Source of the DNA: Polyangiales bacterium
Lineage (GTDB): Bacteria > Myxococcota_A > Polyangia > Polyangiales > Ga0077539
Length of the DNA stretch: 64,000 nucleotides
Direction: 5' to 3'
Assembly: GCA_044229975.1 (NCBI GenBank)
Contig: JBGARZ010000020.1
Location: forward strand, 64,001 to 128,000
Shown: piece by piece, positions 57,822 through 64,000 of the stretch
How positions within the stretch are numbered: the first letter of the stretch is position 1
How the letters are laid out: each line of letters opens with the position of its first letter
The notes under the pieces: model-generated
The model's input: only the letters and a program-made list of their open reading frames with translations
Databases searched by the model: none
Told to the model about the DNA's origin: nothing
Translations under genes and position numbers: made by a program

Positions 57822-59801
57822 ATGGCGCCACCGCTCGACCTCCTGGCCAAGAGCCCGATCTTCTCCGTCTTCACGGGCCCCCAGCTCGAACGCTTCGTCA
57901 ACCACTTCACCCGCGTCGACGTCGCGCCCAACACCGAGATCATCCGCCAGGGCGACCCCTCCGACGCCCTCTACCTCATCGAGTCCGGCGCCGTCGGCGT
58001 GCACCTCCGCAACCCCGCGCACTCCGTCCCCACCATGGTCACGGTGCTCGAAGCCCCTGAGGTCTTCGGCGAGGCCGGGGTGCTCACCAAGCAGCCGCGC
58101 AGCGCCACCTGCATCGCCCTCGAATCCACCGTCGTGCACCGCCTCTCGTCCGAGGTCGCGCGCTCCATCGCCGAGCAGATGACCCTCTTCTCCTTCGCGC
58201 TCGCGCGCCTCGTCGCCGACCGCATGCAGCGCAGCAGCGTCGAGCGCGACGTTGCCTGGGTCAGCCTCGCGGGCCGTCGCTTCGACGCGCGGCTGTGGTC
58301 CATCGCGCCCGACACCACGCTGCGCCGCGGCCGCATGATCCCGCTCGACCTGTCGGGCAACACGCTCACCGTCGGCATGGTCGACCCGCACGACGCCGTC
58401 GCCCGCGACTCGCTCGTCCGCGCCGTCCCCGACCTCCGCCTCAAGGTCGTCGCCGTCAACCTCGACGACTGGCAGCGCCTCGTCGAGCCCACCGCCGCCA
58501 CCTCGCGCTCGGGCCGCTCGTCGCTCCCGCCCGAACCGCCCGCCACCATCTCGTACCTCGAAGACGACGAGACCCGCGCGTCGCGCATCCCGCCCGCCAA
58601 CGCCACCAACTCCACCGGGCCGCAGATCGTCTCGCTCGTCGACGAGATCATCGCCAAGGGCCTCACCCTCAACGCCTCGGACATCCACGTCGAACACGAC
58701 CGCCGCGGCCTGCTCGTGCGCTACCGCGTCGACGGCGCGCTCCAGAGCAGTGGCGGCTTTCTCCCCGGCGAGTACGGCAAGGCCGTGGTGAGCCGCATGA
58801 AGCTCCTCGCGCGCCTCGACATCACCGAGACCCGCAAGCCCCAGGACGGACGCATCTCGCTGCGCGTCGGCGCCCGCATGGTCGACCTGCGCCTCTCCAC
58901 CATGCCCGCCAAGCTCGGCGAGAAGATCGTGCTCCGCATCCTCGACGCCGAGGCCAACATCACCGACCTGAAGACGTTGTTTCCCGTCGAGCGGATGCTC
59001 CAGGTCTTCACGCAGGTCATCGGTCGCCCGCAGGGTCTCGTGCTGGTGTCGGGGCCCACCGGGTCGGGCAAGACCACGACGCTGTACAGCGCGCTGCACG
59101 CCCGCCGCCGCCCCGAGCTCAACGTCGTCACGGTCGAAGACCCCATCGAGTACCACCTCGACGGCGTCACGCAGGTGCAGGTGCAGCACGACATCGGCGT
59201 CACCTTCGCCACCGTGCTCCGAACCCTGCTGCGGCAGGACCCCAACGTCATCATGGTGGGGGAGACCCGCGACACCGAGACGGCGCGCATGGCCGTCGAG
59301 GCGTCCATGACGGGTCACCTCGTGCTGACGTCGGTGCACACCAACGGCGCGCTCGAAGCCGTCGGGCGCCTCGTCGACCTCGGCATCGAGCCCTACGCCA
59401 TCGCCAACGGGCTCATCGGCGTGCTGCACCAGCGGCTCGTGCGACGCATCTGCGCGGCCTGCGCGGAGCCCTTCGAGTACCCGCCGCAGACCGTCGAGGC
59501 GCTGCACCGCGTCGGCGCGCTGCTGCCCAACGAAAACCCCGTGCTGCGCCGCGGCCGCGGCTGCACCACCTGCGCGAGCACCGGCTTCAAGGGCCGCATC
59601 GCCCTCTACGAGATGGTCGTCGTCAACGAGGCCATGCGCGAGGCCATCACCAACACCAGCGACACCGCGACCCTGCGCGCCGCGGCGCGTGCGAGCGGCG
59701 CCATCATCGAGATGCCGCGCTACGCGGGTGTGCTCGTAGCCGCCGGGCTGACGGCACCCGGCGAGGTGCTGCACCTGCTCCAGCGAGCGACCGGAGCGTA
59801 G
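57822..59801 (+). CDS. GspE/PilB-type secretion ATPase with an N-terminal cyclic-nucleotide-binding domain
   Basis: cNMP: IIRQGD..LYLIESG..FGE..PRSAT. ATPase: ASDIH, PQDGR, GPTGSGKTT, EDPIE, LRQDP, GETRD, CxxC...CxxC. Confidence 0.9.
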   Translation: MAPPLDLLAKSPIFSVFTGPQLERFVNHFTRVDVAPNTEIIRQGDPSDALYLIESGAVGVHLRNPAHSVPTMVTVLEAPEVFGEAGVLTKQPRSATCIALESTVVHRLSSEVARSIAEQMTLFSFALARLVADRMQRSSVERDVAWVSLAGRRFDARLWSIAPDTTLRRGRMIPLDLSGNTLTVGMVDPHDAVARDSLVRAVPDLRLKVVAVNLDDWQRLVEPTAATSRSGRSSLPPEPPATISYLEDDETRASRIPPANATNSTGPQIVSLVDEIIAKGLTLNASDIHVEHDRRGLLVRYRVDGALQSSGGFLPGEYGKAVVSRMKLLARLDITETRKPQDGRISLRVGARMVDLRLSTMPAKLGEKIVLRILDAEANITDLKTLFPVERMLQVFTQVIGRPQGLVLVSGPTGSGKTTTLYSALHARRRPELNVVTVEDPIEYHLDGVTQVQVQHDIGVTFATVLRTLLRQDPNVIMVGETRDTETARMAVEASMTGHLVLTSVHTNGALEAVGRLVDLGIEPYAIANGLIGVLHQRLVRRICAACAEPFEYPPQTVEALHRVGALLPNENPVLRRGRGCTTCASTGFKGRIALYEMVVVNEAMREAITNTSDTATLRAAARASGAIIEMPRYAGVLVAAGLTAPGEVLHLLQRATGA

Positions 59802-59910
59802 GCAGGCTTCTCCCGCGGGCTCAACGCGTCCGACCTGCTGGCCCAACGGGTTTCTCCCGCTGGCCCAACGGGTTTCTCCCGCTGGCCCAACGGGTTTCTC
59901 CCGCTGGCCC
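59802..59910. repeat. 22-bp tandem repeat
   Basis: GCTGGCCCAACGGGTTTCTCCC at 59837, 59859 and 59881; partial copy at 59903; degenerate copies from 59802. Confidence 0.88.
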
Positions 59911-60122
59911 TCCGGGATCGATCCACGAGGTCGCTGGACTCGACGCGCTGACCTCCCGCGACCCACCTGTCGGGGCGCCGAAGAAAAATCGCGACGACGC
60001 GAAACAACCCCCTGACCCGCTCCCGACAAGAGCGCGCCAGTCACGAACGTCTCCATCACCGCCCCGACGTTTCGGAGCGGAGAGACGTCCGTCGACCCAC
60101 TGGCGCCAGACGGGGTTTCGCC

Positions 60123-60641
60123 ATGAAGAAGTCCATTGTTCCTATGTATTTCGCCGACCTCTCGGACGCGTCGTTCGAGGAGGCCACCGCGCGCATCGCC
60201 AGCGCGCTCACCCTCGCCGAGGGGTCCCTCACGGGCCTCCAGGTGCTCTTGACCAGCGAGCGCGGCAGCATCGACACCGTCGTCCGCGACGGCGAGCGCG
60301 AGGCCATCCTCGCGGTGCTCGGTGCTGCCGAGGCCGCCCCCACGGTCGTCGTCCCGCTGGGCGACCGCTTCTCCCCCGCGCGCCTCCGCACCCTCCTCGA
60401 TCGCCGCGAGGCCCTGCTCGCGCTCGCCGCCCGCGCCGAGGCCGTCGCCCTGCGCTTCGCCGACTCCGCCCGCGTCACCGCGCGCACCGTGAAGTCGGCG
60501 ACCTCCGACGCCTACGAGCTGCTCAAGCCCGTCACCCAGTACGACCCCGAGGTCGCCAGCCGCCTCGCCCCCGCCATCGACTTCTACGCCAGCGTCTCGC
60601 GGCGCTCGAAGCCCGTGACGCCGGTCGATCCGGTCGGCTGA
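60123..60641 (+). CDS. Hypothetical alpha-helical protein
   Basis: 172 aa, host-like codon bias; no known motif. Confidence 0.7.
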   Translation: MKKSIVPMYFADLSDASFEEATARIASALTLAEGSLTGLQVLLTSERGSIDTVVRDGEREAILAVLGAAEAAPTVVVPLGDRFSPARLRTLLDRREALLALAARAEAVALRFADSARVTARTVKSATSDAYELLKPVTQYDPEVASRLAPAIDFYASVSRRSKPVTPVDPVG

Positions 60642-60672
60642 CGCTCCGCCCCCTCCCTCCGCCTCCCTTGAC

Positions 60673-62184
60673 GTGACGGCCCGGCTGCCCAAGCCAGCGA
60701 CGACGTCAGGACGCACTCCGGAGACCCCTTTGATCGGCCCGCCCCGCTCCATCCGTCGCCGACTCATCCTCGGGAGCCTGGTCATCCTCGGCCTCCCGCT
60801 GCTGATCTTCTTGAGCGCGACCAGCTCGCTGCTCTGGCGCTTCTACCTGCAACAGATGGAGACCAACCTCGCGTCGCAGGCGCAGCTCCTGGCCGACACC
60901 GTCGCCCCCTCGCTCGCCGATCCGTCGTCCGAGGCCGTGCGCCCGGAGACCGTCGCCCAGCGGTGGCGTCACCAGTCCATCTCGCGGGTCACCATCGCCG
61001 ACGCGCGCGGCGTCGTGCGGGCCTCCTCCTCAAACGAGGGCGTCGGCGCGCCCATCAACGACACGCGTCGCCCGGGGATGAAGGCCGCGCTCGCGGGGCG
61101 CAGCAACGCGACGGTCTGGCGCTCGCCCAACTTCGCCTACGAAGACACCATGTACGTCAACGTGCCGGTCTGGCACGACGGGCAGATCGCCGGGGTGGTG
61201 CGCGTCGCCCACACGCTCACGATGATCCAGCACAGCGCGGCGCGCGTGCGCTCGGCGCTGCTGGTGGCCGTGCTGCTCTACGCGCTCGTCATCGGGGTGC
61301 TCACCGTCGCCTTCTCCGCGACCATCGTGCGCCCCGTAGAACAGCTCCAGCGCGACGCCCGGCGCATCGCCGCGGGCGACCTCGCCCACCGGCTCGCGCT
61401 CGCCGGGCCCGACGAGATCTCGCAGCTCTCCGCGATGCTCAACCACATGACCTCGCGGCTGGAGGTGCTCGAAGGGCTGCGCCGCCGCTACGTGTCCGAC
61501 GTCTCGCACGAGCTCCGCACGCCCCTCACGGCGATTCGCAGCATGGCCGAGACCATCCTCCAGTACGGCGACAGCGACCCCGAGCTGCGGCGGCGCTACC
61601 TCCCGCGCATCCTCACGCAGACCGACCGCCTCGCCCGCATGGTCACGCAGGTGCTCGACCTCGCGCAGATCGAGCGCGGCAGCTACGCCCCGGCGCTCAC
61701 CCCGCTGCCGCTCGTCGAGGTGCTGGAGGAGGTGTCGCTCACCAACGCGGCGCGCGCCCGCGAGCTCGGCGTCGCGCTGGAGGTGAGCGTGTCCGACCGC
61801 GCGCTCTCCGTCCGCGGCGACCGCGACCGGTTGATCCAGGTGTTCATGAACCTCGTCGACAACGCCCTGCGCCACACGCCGAAGGACGGCGCGGTGACGC
61901 TCGCAGCAATCGCGACGCGGGGTAGGGTGGAGGTGACGGTGACGGACACGGGGCAGGGCGTCTCGGCCGAGCACCTGCCGCACCTCTTCGAGCGCTTCTA
62001 CCGGGTGGAGACGGCGCGCTCGCCGCTCGCCGGTGGGACGGGGCTCGGCCTCGCGATCGTGCGGCAGATCGTGGAGGCGCACGGCGGGCACATCCGCGTG
62101 ACGAGCACGCCGGGCAAGGGCACGCGCTTTCTCATCGAGCTGCCGGCGGCCGACCCGCCGCGCGCGACCGGAGACGAACCATGA
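60673..62184 (+). CDS. Membrane sensor histidine kinase (HAMP-HisKA-HATPase)
   Basis: VSHELRTPL, NLVDNA, DTGQG, FERFYR, GTGLGL. Confidence 0.93.
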   Translation: MTARLPKPATTSGRTPETPLIGPPRSIRRRLILGSLVILGLPLLIFLSATSSLLWRFYLQQMETNLASQAQLLADTVAPSLADPSSEAVRPETVAQRWRHQSISRVTIADARGVVRASSSNEGVGAPINDTRRPGMKAALAGRSNATVWRSPNFAYEDTMYVNVPVWHDGQIAGVVRVAHTLTMIQHSAARVRSALLVAVLLYALVIGVLTVAFSATIVRPVEQLQRDARRIAAGDLAHRLALAGPDEISQLSAMLNHMTSRLEVLEGLRRRYVSDVSHELRTPLTAIRSMAETILQYGDSDPELRRRYLPRILTQTDRLARMVTQVLDLAQIERGSYAPALTPLPLVEVLEEVSLTNAARARELGVALEVSVSDRALSVRGDRDRLIQVFMNLVDNALRHTPKDGAVTLAAIATRGRVEVTVTDTGQGVSAEHLPHLFERFYRVETARSPLAGGTGLGLAIVRQIVEAHGGHIRVTSTPGKGTRFLIELPAADPPRATGDEP

Positions 62185-62567
62185 CGCAAGAATCACCGAC
62201 GATCCTCGTGGTGGAAGACCAGGAGGAGGTCAACGAGCTGCTCCAGTACAACCTCCAGCGGGCTGGCTACCGGACGCTCGCGGCCTACGACGGCCGCGTG
62301 GGCCTCGCGACGGCGCGAGGAGAGCGACCGGACGTGGTGCTGCTCGACGTGATGCTACCGGGCATCGACGGGTGGGAGATCTGTCGCGCGCTGGCGGACG
62401 ACCCCGCGCTGCGGGACATCCCGGTGATCATCTTCACCGCCAAGGGGTCGCGCGAGGACTTCGACCACGGCCACCGCTTCGCCAACGTGGTCGGCTACTT
62501 CGTGAAGCCGTACGCCACGTCGGACGTCATCGAGCACCTGCGCCGCGTGCTCGCGACGCACTCATAG
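62181..62567 (+). CDS. Single-domain response regulator
   Basis: ILVVED, LLDVMLP, FTAK, KPY; ATGA overlap with the kinase. Confidence 0.9.
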   Translation: MTQESPTILVVEDQEEVNELLQYNLQRAGYRTLAAYDGRVGLATARGERPDVVLLDVMLPGIDGWEICRALADDPALRDIPVIIFTAKGSREDFDHGHRFANVVGYFVKPYATSDVIEHLRRVLATHS

Positions 62568-62618
62568 CCCCGTCCCTTTCAAGGTCGTCGCATCCGCTCG
62601 CGACCAACCCCGGTCTGC

Positions 62619-63353
62619 CTACCCGCGCGGCTGCTTGTCGAGCTCCCGACCGACGACCACGAAGGCGGCGGCGAAGCAGAACGCCACCCACAGACTGGCC
62701 ACCGTCGGCCAGTACGCGCCGAGGTCGGGGATGCGCAGCGCCATCAGCACGATGGGGAAGTTGCACGCCCAGTGGGCCGCCATCGCCGCGAGCACGCCGA
62801 CCGCGAAGCCGTTGTCCCAACGCCGCAGCGCGAAGGACGTGAACGCGCCGTGGAGGAAGCCCACCAGCACCCGCTCGCCGATGAAGCCGCCGAACATCCA
62901 GAACGGGAGCGAGCGGTACGGCGGGTGTTGATGGATGAGCGCGGCGAGGCCCCACACCTCGCTGAGCCCGAAGCCGAGCCCGAGCGCCAGTCCCACACGC
63001 ACCAGATTGGTGTCCTTCAAGCGCGCGCGAAACATCGGGAGCAGCAGCGGCCAGAGCTTGGCGGGCTCCTCCACGAGCGGCGCTTCGAGGGACTTGGGGA
63101 GCAGGTACGCCGCCGTCGCGCGGAGCTGCGCGAGCGGAAGGTCGGGGTGGAAGAGGCGCGCGAGGCGGACGATGAGCGCGTCGGTGAAGGGCAGCCGCAC
63201 GCCCCACAGCGCCACGGCGAACATCGGCAGCGTGAGGGCGCCCGCGACGAGCAGGAAGCGGCGCTGCGCGGGCGGGGTCGCGTTGCGGATGAGCCCGCCC
63301 CAGAGCAGGAGCACGAGCGCGCTGGTGATGGCGGCGGCGATGTAGATGCCCAT
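62619..63353 (-). CDS. PrsW/YhfC-like intramembrane glutamic protease
   Basis: EEPAKL, GLGFGLSE, LH, HWACN motifs within TM helices. Confidence 0.7.
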   Translation of the reverse strand: MGIYIAAAITSALVLLLWGGLIRNATPPAQRRFLLVAGALTLPMFAVALWGVRLPFTDALIVRLARLFHPDLPLAQLRATAAYLLPKSLEAPLVEEPAKLWPLLLPMFRARLKDTNLVRVGLALGLGFGLSEVWGLAALIHQHPPYRSLPFWMFGGFIGERVLVGFLHGAFTSFALRRWDNGFAVGVLAAMAAHWACNFPIVLMALRIPDLGAYWPTVASLWVAFCFAAAFVVVGRELDKQPRG

Positions 63354-63357
63354 CGGG

Positions 63358-63999
63358 TTACTCCGTTCGGTAGACGCCGAGCGCGGCCATGGAGCGGTCG
63401 TGCGCGCGGCCCAGCAGCGGCAGCGCGACGGCGGCGCCCACCAGCGCCAGGAACATGTCCCACTGCGCGTCCCACACATCGCCCTGCGAGCCGAGGAAGG
63501 CGGTGCCCGTGTCGCCCGCCACGACGAGCGTGGTCCACCACTCGACGAGCTCCCAGAAGGCCCCGATGGCGAGCACCACCGACAGCACGAGGAAGGTGAG
63601 CCAGCCGCCGCGCTGGAGCGGCGTCTTGCGCAGCAGCACCTCGCGGATGGTCAGCGCCGGGAAGAACCCGAGCGCGAAGTGACCGATACGGTCGTAGTGG
63701 TTGCGGTGGAGGTGAAACGCTTCCTTGGCCCAGTTGCCGAGCGGCGTGAGGGCGTACGTGTAGATGCCGCCGTAGATGAGGATGAGCACGTGGACGAAGA
63801 TGCCGACGGCCACGAGGCGCGAGATGGGGAAGCGCCTCCAGCCGGCCGCGAGCACGGCGATGTACGCGAGGCCGGGGACGACTTCGAGGCACCAGCTGGT
63901 GCGACCGGCGGGCGGGTTCCAGACGGTGGCGATGCAGATGAGGGTGAGCGCGGCGATGAGCGCGAGGTGCGTGCGACCGAGCGCGGCGGTGCCCTGGAC
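63358..63999 (-). CDS. DUF2238 (YjdF-like) membrane protein, 5'-truncated by the window edge
   Basis: RNHYDRIGH, ELVEWW, FLGSQGDVWDAQWDM; frame stays open to the window end. Confidence 0.85.
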   Translation of the reverse strand, partial: VQGTAALGRTHLALIAALTLICIATVWNPPAGRTSWCLEVVPGLAYIAVLAAGWRRFPISRLVAVGIFVHVLILIYGGIYTYALTPLGNWAKEAFHLHRNHYDRIGHFALGFFPALTIREVLLRKTPLQRGGWLTFLVLSVVLAIGAFWELVEWWTTLVVAGDTGTAFLGSQGDVWDAQWDMFLALVGAAVALPLLGRAHDRSMAALGVYRTE

Positions 64000-64000
64000 G

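Overview
GC-rich window that looks myxobacterial (Polyangiaceae-like), judged from a MYXO-CTERM-type tail, a Hanks kinase, Cys-rich lipoproteins and an ECF/anti-sigma pair. The first ~8.5 kb is an accessory island. It holds a 5'-truncated MmeI-like (type IIL) R-M enzyme followed by an ABC-type ATPase + HNH nuclease pair (Septu/PtuAB-like), a decaying 43-bp tandem array, an orphan helical protein, and a RAYT-like HUH (Y1) nuclease gene. The RAYT-like gene sits between two oppositely oriented 53-bp-period arrays (10 and 18 units) made of a conserved hairpin and combinatorially shuffled spacers. The rest is mixed housekeeping, signalling and cell-surface genes: pckG, msrB, an M1 aminopeptidase, an RRM protein, two-component systems, three patatin genes, a 1085-aa knottin-like Cys-repeat lipoprotein and a cNMP-fused GspE/PilB ATPase. 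It also contains two related ~240-bp REPIN-like giant palindromes, a collapsed 42-bp copy of one of them, and two decayed genes. I saw no rRNA, tRNA or cas genes. All calls come from reading motifs by eye; no database searches were run.
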